Shown: in pieces, positions 17,220 through 23,514 of the stretch
Position numbering within the stretch: position 1 is the first letter of the stretch
Layout: every line of letters starts with the position of its first letter
Virus genome (UHGV): UHGV-1407433
DNA from: a virus
Reading direction: 5' to 3' (one strand)
Length of the DNA stretch: 25,186 bases
Translations under genes and position numbers: made by a program
Notes under the pieces: model-generated
Seen by the model: only the letters and a program-made list of their open reading frames with translations
Told to the model about the DNA's origin: nothing
Database searches by the model: none

Positions 17220-19141
17220 TATTCATCTCCAGATAATGCCCGCGCGTAATCCGCCAGGGTCTTGTTATTGTTACGGCTGCCTTCTTCCTCCAGCAGGCTG
17301 GCCAGAAGTGAATCAAGATTTAGCTGCCAGCGGGATATGCTTATACGCAGCGCCGCCAGTGCATAAACAAAGCAATCGAGCGCCTCATTTCGTCGTTTTT
17401 TGCTGTCCCAGACGATCTTTTTCTTTCCGTCTACCCATTTTTCCACCTGCTCTTCAGCTGTTAGTTGTTGGGCCTCTGTTAGATCGTAGATTTCTGGGTT
17501 ATTCGGGAAATGAACCGCTCCCGCCAGCGGCTCGTCTCTTTGCGCCACCAGCGTGAAACGGTTATAAATCTGCTCTTTTGCGGTGTCTGTTCCTACCTCT
17601 GTGAGGTAAACACCATTCTTGTTACGCTTGCGTGGCATGTTCGCCACTGGCTTTCCATAAACCGACGCCCCCTTTATAGGGATCACACGAAACAGACCGT
17701 GTTTTTTTGAGCGGTTGTAGACGATGGTGGGATCAATGCCGCCAATATCCCAGCAAGTGCGGGATATAACCATTTCGAGACCGTTCTGGCGCTTATACGT
17801 CCTGTTGATCGCTTCATCAACTCGAGCGAGAGTCGACTCATCATCATGACGACCCATAATGATAATTTTGTCGATAAGCCAGCTTTCCTCTCCCGGCCCC
17901 CATCCCCAAACACGCATTTCGTAACGGTCAAGCTGGGAGTCAATACCCGCTGTCAGATATGCCACTCGCTCCGGCACAGACGCTTCAAAGTGCTCTTTTC
18001 GTTCCGCTAAAACTTCAGCATCGGGTCGTTCACCTATTTTCGGTTCCCACGTTTCGCCCAGGGTCGTGTTAACGAAAGTTTTTCGCTTACCCGTATCACC
18101 TTTTGTTTTTATCCAGTCCTTGACGATCTGCACCCAGGTTGTGAACGGGCTATATGCGGTCCAGATGTGGAATGTAACGCTGTCAGGAGGTTCAATTTCG
18201 GTACCGGATGAAGAAAACCAGTTAAGGCCGTCTCGTGTCCAGATACCTGTTTCATCACAAATATACCTGGCCTCCAGAAATTCCAGCTCCTGTTGTTTAA
18301 TCACACAGGCATTGTGTTCACAGAGGTAGTAAACGCTGGCAGGTTCTCCCGGAGACCATTTGAAGCCAAATGGTGTCTCTTTATCACCGAATTTCAGATA
18401 CTGCTCTTCCCCACAGTGTGGGCATGGAACATGGAACCGAAGAAAATGTTCAGACTCCTTAGCAGCTCTTTCTATCTGGCACGTACCTTTGACTTTCGGT
18501 GTAGATCCGCGAATGGATTTCGGCCATACAGAACCCTCAATACGCTTATCACCCAGAAAGGTGGGAGAACCTTCTTTCTCGATGTCATCATCGAAAGCGG
18601 CGAGCTCGTCGTAGCCAGCCACATCAACTGATTTTTCACGGTAGTTTTTTGCAGCCTTACCGCCCAGGCACCAGAAACCACGACCATTCGAGAAACGCTT
18701 CATGCTCAGCGTATTGTCCCGGTGTTTTTTACCGTACCAGGGAGCAAGCGCCAGCAACGTCGGAATATCACGAATGGTCGGTTCTACATGAGACTTCATG
18801 AAGTTTTCAGCATCACCGTCGGTTGGTAACCATATTAGGGAGTTACGCTGTTTATGTTGGATGAAATATGCGTAAACGCCGAGCAACATTTTTGAGTAGC
18901 CGACACGAGCCGATTTAACGACATTCACCTCGCGAATATAGTCATTACCCATCGCATTCATAATTGCACGCTGAAATGGCAGTGTTTCCCAGCGCCCTTC
19001 CTGGTAGGCAGACTCTTTCGGGAGATAATAATTCTCATCTGCCCATTCAACTGCTGTTTGCGGTTGCGGCCGGTACAGCGAACGTAACCCCGCCCGCGCA
19101 GAGTGCTGCAGCCCCTTAACCTGACTGTTCGATATATTCAC
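17219..19141 (-). CDS. A: terminase large subunit A
   Basis: 640 aa, lambda gpA-like (641 aa in lambda). Its start overlaps the Nu1 3' end, as in lambda. Confidence 0.97.
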   Translation of the reverse strand: MNISNSQVKGLQHSARAGLRSLYRPQPQTAVEWADENYYLPKESAYQEGRWETLPFQRAIMNAMGNDYIREVNVVKSARVGYSKMLLGVYAYFIQHKQRNSLIWLPTDGDAENFMKSHVEPTIRDIPTLLALAPWYGKKHRDNTLSMKRFSNGRGFWCLGGKAAKNYREKSVDVAGYDELAAFDDDIEKEGSPTFLGDKRIEGSVWPKSIRGSTPKVKGTCQIERAAKESEHFLRFHVPCPHCGEEQYLKFGDKETPFGFKWSPGEPASVYYLCEHNACVIKQQELEFLEARYICDETGIWTRDGLNWFSSSGTEIEPPDSVTFHIWTAYSPFTTWVQIVKDWIKTKGDTGKRKTFVNTTLGETWEPKIGERPDAEVLAERKEHFEASVPERVAYLTAGIDSQLDRYEMRVWGWGPGEESWLIDKIIIMGRHDDESTLARVDEAINRTYKRQNGLEMVISRTCWDIGGIDPTIVYNRSKKHGLFRVIPIKGASVYGKPVANMPRKRNKNGVYLTEVGTDTAKEQIYNRFTLVAQRDEPLAGAVHFPNNPEIYDLTEAQQLTAEEQVEKWVDGKKKIVWDSKKRRNEALDCFVYALAALRISISRWQLNLDSLLASLLEEEGSRNNNKTLADYARALSGDE

Positions 19142-19661
19142 TCAGCAACCCCGGTATCATTTCATCCAGCGCAGCTGCCTTGTTCATGGCCTTAATGATG
19201 TCCTTCTTGAGGAAATCAATATGTCGGTTCTCCAGCTCCGGGAAGCGCCGCTGAACCGACAGAGGTATTCCATCGAGAATGCTGGCGATTTCTCCGGCTA
19301 CCCGCGACAGCACGAACGTGCAGAATGCGGTCTCCACCACTTCAGCGGACTCTTTTGCATTTTTTAATTCCTGAGCGTCAGCCTGAGCTCGCGTAAGTCG
19401 GTGTCGCTCATATTCAATCGTGCCAGGTTGAAGATCGGACTCAGAAGCGATACGGAGATCTTCAACTTCCTTCCGCAACTTTTCATTTTCTATAGCTGCA
19501 TCGCGCGCACTGTACCATTCGATTGCAGCAGCAGATTCAAAGAGAACCTCATTACCTTTGCCACCACCGCGGACAACCGGCATACCTTGCTCCTGCCAGT
19601 TCTGAATCGTTCGGACGCTTACCCCGAAAATTTCGGATAAGCGTTTTTTGTTAACCTCCAT
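19116..19661 (-). CDS. Nu1: terminase small subunit Nu1
   Basis: 181 aa. MEVNKKRLSEIFGVSVRTIQNWQEQGMPVVRGGGKGNEVLF is near-identical to lambda gpNu1 (MEVNKKQLADIFGASIRTIQNWQEQGMPVLRGGGKGNEVLY, recalled). Confidence 0.97.
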   Translation of the reverse strand: MEVNKKRLSEIFGVSVRTIQNWQEQGMPVVRGGGKGNEVLFESAAAIEWYSARDAAIENEKLRKEVEDLRIASESDLQPGTIEYERHRLTRAQADAQELKNAKESAEVVETAFCTFVLSRVAGEIASILDGIPLSVQRRFPELENRHIDFLKKDIIKAMNKAAALDEMIPGLLSEYIEQSG

Positions 19662-19680
19662 GGCTTACTCCTGGCAAAAA

Positions 19681-19797
19681 ACAGAGAAAGGAAACAATCA
19701 ACGGTAAACTTCCGTTTTCCTTGCTCAGCATTTCCTTTCTGGAGAGAGGACGTTTTTAACAAAAACAATGAGTAAACAAGAAGAAGAACGGAAATGG
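19681..19797 (-). promoter_or_regulatory. cosB: terminase (Nu1) binding sites R3, R2 and R1 with an AT-rich bend region
   Basis: Minus-strand R3 is CCATTTCCGTTCTTCTTC (19797..19781). R2 is AGAAAGGAAATG (19740..19729, inverted). R1 is TTGTTTCCTTTCTCTGT (19697..19681). Each aligns with the lambda cosB R elements as recalled. An extra R-like GGAAAACGGAAGT lies at 19720..19708. Confidence 0.85.
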
Positions 19798-19836
19798 CAT
19801 AAACCAGAAAATTTTCATAAATAGCGAGAATCTGCG

Positions 19837-19848
19837 CGGACGCCGCCC
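19837..19848 (-). other. cosN: 12 nt cohesive-end sequence GGGCGGCGTCCG
   Basis: The minus strand reads GTTACG|GGGCGGCGTCCG|CGCAGATTCTCGCTATTTATGAAAATTTTCTGGTTT. Lambda reads GTTACG|GGGCGGCGACCT|CGCGGGTTTTCGCTATTTATGAAAATTTTCCGGTTT (recalled). The overhang differs from lambda at positions 9 and 12. Confidence 0.85.
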
Positions 19849-19871
19849 CGTAACAAGGCGGATCGCCGGAA

Positions 19872-19878
19872 AGGACCC
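19872..19878 (-). other. cosQ (GGGTCCT), 30 nt from the right-end nick as in lambda
   Basis: The minus strand reads GGGTCCTTTCCGGCGATCCGCCTTGTTACG immediately before cosN. Lambda ends GGGTCCTTTCCGGTGATCCGACAGGTTACG (recalled). Confidence 0.8.
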
Positions 19879-19903
19879 GCAAATGATAATGATTATCATT
19901 TGC
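19879..19903. promoter_or_regulatory. 25 bp perfect palindrome abutting cosQ, with a Fur-box-like sequence
   Basis: GCAAATGATAAT-G-ATTATCATTTGC has 12 bp arms. The minus strand reads GCAAATGATAATCATTATC, against the Fur consensus GATAATGATAATCATTATC (17 of 19 matches, with the 15-mer ATGATAATCATTATC exact). Confidence 0.5.
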
Positions 19904-19949
19904 TGGAATGCGACTTGATTCGCACCCATTTGGACGTCTAAACGTCCAT

Positions 19950-20417
19950 TCATCGCAACAGCGCTGACCATATCGTGCCACCTGGCCGAAGACTCTTCTT
20001 CAGTTCCTCGGACACAACATCTGAGATCGCTTTTACCATTTCAGGGGATAGCTTCACGCCGGTCTTAATTTCGGGACAGATGCCAACATTGATGGCATAG
20101 CCTTTTCGTGGGTCGTTCTCTATCCGGCCAAACTGAATATTTACAGAGCCACCAATATAACCACCAGCAGGAACACCAAAGCGCGTATTCACCAGGTGCT
20201 TAATGGCGAACTCCTGCCCTTCAGCGGTCAGGAAGGTGTAATAATTTTCCTTTTGATACTCCGTCGCGGTATGGCGTGTTTCAGCGAATCCCAGCTCTAG
20301 AAGCTCAGCAGCACCAGATTTGGCTGGCAGATCACCAGACTGAAGCGCGCCACGGAAAAACAGCGCATACAGAACATCCGTCGCCGCGCCGGACAACGTG
20401 ATAATTTTATGACCCAT
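19950..20417 (-). CDS. hypothetical protein, the last gene before the right cos end
   Basis: 155 aa. ATG 20417 follows AAGGAA. I recognise no family. A short hairpin (GGACGT-TTAG-ACGTCC) follows the stop. Confidence 0.7.
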   Translation of the reverse strand: MGHKIITLSGAATDVLYALFFRGALQSGDLPAKSGAAELLELGFAETRHTATEYQKENYYTFLTAEGQEFAIKHLVNTRFGVPAGGYIGGSVNIQFGRIENDPRKGYAINVGICPEIKTGVKLSPEMVKAISDVVSEELKKSLRPGGTIWSALLR

Positions 20418-20436
20418 GATTTATTTCCTTTTAGGC

Positions 20437-20490
20437 GTGAGCCTGTCGCACGGCAAAGCCGCCGAAAGTTAACGGTTTGCCCAGGCTCAC
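20437..20490 (-). promoter_or_regulatory. structured leader (nested inverted repeats) upstream of the 155 aa gene
   Basis: GTGAGCCTG (20437..20445) pairs with CAGGCTCAC (20482..20490). Inside, GGCAAA pairs with TTTGCC. The structure ends about 19 nt before the ATG, with the SD just downstream of it. Confidence 0.4.
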
Positions 20491-20529
20491 AGCTGAAAGA
20501 CTTTCTACGATGTGCGCGTGCGATGCGCA

Positions 20530-20553
20530 TAAAAAAGCCGCGTGATGGCGGCT
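20530..20553 (-). terminator. intrinsic terminator (minus strand)
   Basis: On the minus strand, AGCCGC-CATCAC-GCGGCT is followed by TTTTTTAT. Confidence 0.7.
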
Positions 20554-20682
20554 ACTGTTTGAATATCAGGGTGTTGTTTCGTCTTAACCCTGGTTAATGT
20601 AGGCATTCAGCCCGTCGGTGGTGGGACACTGGCGCACTTAATAAAGAGTAATGGCTGATTACCTCAGAATAAGGAATCAAAA

Positions 20683-20943
20683 ATGTCAGAAGGTTTTGGT
20701 TTAAAAGAAAAGGTTGAGCAGTTAGAAAAAGAATTAGCCGTACAAAAAATAGCAAATCAGCTTGCTTTTGGAGCACTAATTAAAGCAGTTAATGAGCTGT
20801 ACCCGAACAAAGATTTATATGATGGGTTGACAAAATTTGTCCAGGAAAAACTTGATCCTGAACGTGTTAAAAACATCCCTAATCTTCACGAGGCCTTTCT
20901 AGAAGCTGCGAAAATACTGAGGACTGACGCATCTCCTGAATAA
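20683..20943 (+). CDS. hypothetical helical protein (86 aa), plus-strand accessory gene in an AT-rich island
   Basis: ATG 20683 follows AAGGA by 7 nt. It is the only convincing plus-strand gene in the island. An AAAGGCAGT / ACTGCCTTT inverted repeat (20954..20962 and 20997..21005) plus a T run lies downstream. I recognise no family. Confidence 0.6.
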   Translation: MSEGFGLKEKVEQLEKELAVQKIANQLAFGALIKAVNELYPNKDLYDGLTKFVQEKLDPERVKNIPNLHEAFLEAAKILRTDASPE

Positions 20944-21037
20944 TTTTATCAACAAAGGCAGTTGTGTCCTCTTGCTTTTCATTCACAATGCATGTGACTG
21001 CCTTTTCTAAAGCTGTAATTCGTTCTTCAAGTGTCAT
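20879..21037 (-). CDS. hypothetical small protein (52 aa), convergent with and overlapping the plus-strand gene
   Basis: ATG 21037 (MTLEERITALEKAVTCIVNEKQ...) follows AGGAG by 5 nt. Its 3' end overlaps the 3' end of 20683..20943 by 65 nt. The coding status of the overlapped tail is uncertain. Confidence 0.45.
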   Translation of the reverse strand: MTLEERITALEKAVTCIVNEKQEDTTAFVDKIIQEMRQSSVFSQLLERPRED

Positions 21038-21064
21038 ACCCACTCCTGTCATTGGCTTCAAAAT

Positions 21065-21139
21065 GATAAACCCCGCATTTGCAAGTCCTATTTATACCCC
21101 GCAGGGGATAAAAACCATATTATCCGCTTGCGGGGATAA
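21065..21139. repeat. palindrome cluster A: two TTATCCC..GGGATAA-type hairpins plus one half-site
   Basis: P1 at 21091..21113 is TTTATACCCC-GCA-GGGGATAAAA. P2 at 21120..21139 is TTATCCGCTTGCGGGGATAA. A half-site GATAAACCCCGC lies at 21065..21076. The cluster is related to cluster B at 22948..22997. Confidence 0.8.
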
Positions 21140-21177
21140 CCATTATCAAGCCCACCAGTAGATGGGCTTTGTAATGG

Positions 21178-21435
21178 CTACTTCGCTTTTGCTTCCGCTC
21201 GCTTACGCCGGCGCTCTTCTTTCCTCTCGGCTTTTGCCATGTCCATGAATGCCTGCATGATCGAGTTCCGCATCATGTAGCTAACAAAGTGATGATTGAC
21301 ACAGCCGTTGAGGCGCAGCTGCTCGCCAAACTCATCCACCGAGGCCAATGCTTCCATCATGCCCTTCTCGCCTTTCATGAACTCTGAGAAGTCGCGCCCC
21401 GCTCTGGAGGCGCATTCTATTATTCGGGTGCTCAT
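21178..21435 (-). CDS. hypothetical protein (85 aa) with basic C-terminal tail
   Basis: ATG 21435 lies 2 nt after the upstream gene's TGA (21440..21438). The protein is MSTRIIECASRAGRDFSEF...KAERKEERRRKRAEAKAK. A hairpin AAGCCCA/TGGGCTT (21148..21169) follows the stop. Confidence 0.65.
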   Translation of the reverse strand: MSTRIIECASRAGRDFSEFMKGEKGMMEALASVDEFGEQLRLNGCVNHHFVSYMMRNSIMQAFMDMAKAERKEERRRKRAEAKAK

Positions 21436-21437
21436 GA

Positions 21438-22166
21438 TCAGGCCGCCGCATAGAGCAATTTCATCTGCCCTTTCACCGGGAATGCCGACATGCAACGCGC
21501 TTCGAAATCACGATAATCAGAGCACCCATTGGCAATGCTGGTAACGGCAATGATCTGTCGCTCAACCAATGTCAGCGCGTCAGGTTTAAGGTGCTGATGG
21601 ATTTTGTCTCCCGCAGCCAGCCGTCTTTTAACCTCTGCATATACTTCTGGTGGTAATACCTGGCCATATACCCACTTGGCACTGATCATCCCAAATAGTG
21701 CGGGGCGACGACCTGGTCGATGACGGGGCAGCCCTGACATTTTGAACATCGCAGAATAAAACGGATCGCTAAACCTCTTTTCCCATGGCTGAGATTTATC
21801 CAGAAGGAAAATAGCCTTTATTCTTTCATCGTCGATATGATGAACGGAACCCTGAATGATTGCGTCAATTTGCTCATCACACCAGATCTCAAAATCTACA
21901 GAAAGCCATCGAGCAAATCTGACCGCCAGCTTTGGGTGAAGCCATGTTCCGCCGCCACGGTCTTTGCGAGCGCGGCTGGTTTTTACATATGTGATATTCC
22001 CATATCTACTCTTTAACGCCTCGATGTAACGGACAGTCTCAGGAAGCCTAAGCCACTGAGCCGGCTCCTTGTTGAACTTGTCAGCTGCCGCAGTCGCGTC
22101 AAACCAGCCATCGTCAGAAAAACGCATGGGATGGCCTTCGAAATCAATCGGGATGATATTGGACAT
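21438..22166 (-). CDS. KilA-N domain / P63C domain protein (antirepressor-like DNA-binding protein)
   Basis: The likely start is MSNIIPIDFEG at 22166. The N-terminal ...WFDATAAADKFNKEPAQWLRLPETVRYIEAL...GGGTWLHPKLAVRFARWLSVDFEIWCDEQI fits the KilA-N pattern. The C-terminal half (FSDPFYSAMFKMSGLPRHRPGRRPALFGMISAKWVYGQVLPPEVYAEVKRR) resembles the P63C family as I recall it. Confidence 0.8.
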   Translation of the reverse strand: MSNIIPIDFEGHPMRFSDDGWFDATAAADKFNKEPAQWLRLPETVRYIEALKSRYGNITYVKTSRARKDRGGGTWLHPKLAVRFARWLSVDFEIWCDEQIDAIIQGSVHHIDDERIKAIFLLDKSQPWEKRFSDPFYSAMFKMSGLPRHRPGRRPALFGMISAKWVYGQVLPPEVYAEVKRRLAAGDKIHQHLKPDALTLVERQIIAVTSIANGCSDYRDFEARCMSAFPVKGQMKLLYAAA

Positions 22167-22315
22167 CGTATTTACCTTTTTGGTGATATGAGCCAGTTCT
22201 CGCAGACATGGACAGCCCAAGAGCGGCACGATGTAAGCCACCGTCCTGTCTCTGTCTCATATCCCGAAAAGCTCTTGGTTGATATGCGCACGAGAATGCG
22301 CGGTTTACTGCGGAC

Positions 22316-22342
22316 ATAAAAAAGCCCCGCATAAGCGAGGCT
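22316..22342 (-). terminator. intrinsic terminator after the two-gene module
   Basis: On the minus strand, AGCCTCGC-TTAT-GCGGGGCT forms an 8 bp stem with one G-U pair, followed by TTTTTTAT. Confidence 0.75.
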
Positions 22343-22364
22343 AAATATCGAACAACTTCTTTTG

Positions 22365-22586
22365 TTAACTGCGCGTGAAGTTGTGGTGGATGAAGTCGTC
22401 AGAGCCTAACCGATGTGAGCCATAATGGGCTTCATAGCCCTCACCTAGTGAGGCTGCCTTAGTTTCGGCCACATCTTTGGTGGCGTAAACACCGACTAAA
22501 TGCCACGGGGCATTCCTTACAACCCCCCACCCCATAACCCAACCTATATTATCAAGGTCAGGCTTCAAGCCTTCTGCAACAAACAT
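22365..22586 (-). CDS. hypothetical protein (73 aa)
   Basis: ATG 22586 follows AAGGAG. The protein is MFVAEGLKPDLDNIGWVMGWGVVRNAPWHLVGVYATKDVAE... It is the second gene of a two-gene unit that ends at its own terminator. Confidence 0.65.
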   Translation of the reverse strand: MFVAEGLKPDLDNIGWVMGWGVVRNAPWHLVGVYATKDVAETKAASLGEGYEAHYGSHRLGSDDFIHHNFTRS

Positions 22587-22645
22587 ATTTATCTCCTTTG
22601 GGTACCCGGAGATAATGCTAAGCAATTGAAGCTGCAAAATAAATA

Positions 22646-22891
22646 CTATTCAACAAGCTCTGCTGTAATTGTTAACCAGCTCAAATCAGGCCGATCATGC
22701 ATCACATGTACAGCTGATTCATCAACATCGACAGCGTAAATTTTAGTGAAGGGATGGGAAGCTTTACCGGATAAAGAATCCTTCACTATCACACTTTCAT
22801 TCTGAATAACCTGGAATGTGACGTTTGCGGCTCGAACAATACCCTCGTAGTGCTCTTCAAGGTGAGCAATTGTAACTTTAACTTTTTTCAT
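22646..22891 (-). CDS. hypothetical protein (81 aa)
   Basis: ATG 22891 follows AAGGAG. The protein is MKKVKVTIAHLEEHYEGIVRAANVTFQVIQNESVIV... It is the first gene after palindrome cluster B. Confidence 0.65.
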   Translation of the reverse strand: MKKVKVTIAHLEEHYEGIVRAANVTFQVIQNESVIVKDSLSGKASHPFTKIYAVDVDESAVHVMHDRPDLSWLTITAELVE

Positions 22892-22947
22892 AGGCTGGCT
22901 CCTTGGCTGAATGGCAACAGGCATTAGGTGAGTGTCTGCTGTAACGC

Positions 22948-22997
22948 CTATCCCTTAGCGGGGATAATGGTTGCTTTATCCCTTGCTAGGGATAAAG
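22948..22997. repeat. palindrome cluster B: two TTATCCC..GGGATAA hairpins just after the Rz stop
   Basis: The element at 22974..22997 is CTTTATCCCT-TGCT-AGGGATAAAG, a perfect 10 bp stem. The element at 22948..22967 is CTATCCCTTAGCGGGGATAA. The AACCAT spacer is shared with cluster A in the opposite orientation. Confidence 0.8.
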
Positions 22998-22998
22998 A

Positions 22999-23514
22999 CT
23001 ATTGACGCTCGCTCTCTATTTGACGAATTCCAGCGAAATTGTTATTGCCCTTTTCAATCACGGCCAGCAGCGGCTTAATCCAGAGTACAGCCTGGCAGTA
23101 CGTTATTGAGCCGGCGGCAGCGGTACTATCATCGGCTGCGTCAGGTCCGTCGGTATCGGCGTGCATTGCGCTGGAACGTAAACGGTACGCGTATTCGAGC
23201 AGCCCACCAGCAATGTCAGCAGGAACAGGCAGATCACAGGTTTTTTCACGGCGGAGTATCTCCCGGTATTCAATTACGGTTTCTTCGGTGCTGGTGTCGA
23301 TCAGGGAGTTAAGCCTGTTGGCATGTTCTGCAACCTGATTGAATCGATTGAAGTTGAATGCCTGGGTGGCGATCACCTGCCCCTGCATAGAGTTGTCACT
23401 TCGCAGAACGTCGTTATCGCTCTGTAGGCTACTGGCGTCGGAGCAGCTCTTAACGAGAGCGACGGAAAGGCCAGCAATAACGACAACGCCGATAAGACCC
23501 GGATTAATTTTCAT
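22999..23514 (-). CDS. Rz: i-spanin Rz
   Basis: The start [21 protein letters not shown] at 23514 gives an N-terminal transmembrane domain and overlaps the endolysin stop as ATGA. The periplasmic part is coiled-coil, and the Rz1 frame is embedded. Confidence 0.9.
   Translation of the reverse strand: MKINPGLIGVVVIAGLSVALVKSCSDASSLQSDNDVLRSDNSMQGQVIATQAFNFNRFNQVAEHANRLNSLIDTSTEETVIEYREILRREKTCDLPVPADIAGGLLEYAYRLRSSAMHADTDGPDAADDSTAAAGSITYCQAVLWIKPLLAVIEKGNNNFAGIRQIESERQ
23103..23249 (-). CDS. Rz1: o-spanin Rz1 (lipoprotein) embedded in the +1 frame of Rz
   Basis: Absent from the ORF track (48 aa). The protein is (GTG)KKPVICLFLLTLLVGCSNTRTVYVPAQCTPIPTDLTQPMIVPLPPAQ*, with lipobox LLVGC and a Pro-rich mature part. 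The start is GTG 23249 or an upstream TTG. Confidence 0.8.
   Translation of the reverse strand: MKKPVICLFLLTLLVGCSNTRTVYVPAQCTPIPTDLTQPMIVPLPPAQ

Noticed and set aside
19619-19981. Minus-strand ORFs of 120 and 71 aa spanning the cos region
   Set aside because: They run across cosB, cosN and cosQ, whose nucleotide sequence aligns with lambda non-coding cos. The ORFs also overlap Nu1 out of frame.
20555-20569. LexA-box-like CTGTTTGAATATCAG just downstream of the terminator hairpin
   Set aside because: The spacing is CTG-N9-CAG rather than the required CTG-N10-CAG (CTGT-N8-ACAG), so it does not fit an SOS box.
20409-20597. 62 aa plus-strand ORF over the leader and terminator region
   Set aside because: It spans the inverted repeats and the terminator hairpin, has no SD, and is antisense to the start of the 155 aa gene.
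22144-22332. 62 aa minus-strand ORF and 62 aa plus-strand ORF (22131..22319) in the terminator-to-KilA-N interval
   Set aside because: They start inside the terminator U tract or overlap the KilA-N start out of frame. They lack an SD and have an Arg/Gln-rich composition, so they are probably spurious.
21065-22997. Calling the palindrome clusters a CRISPR array
   Set aside because: There is no regular repeat-spacer periodicity. The units are only partly similar to the I-E repeat, with 10-11-mer matches that are marginal statistically, and the 1.8 kb between the clusters is ordinary coding DNA. The resemblance is kept only as a low-confidence hypothesis within the finding.
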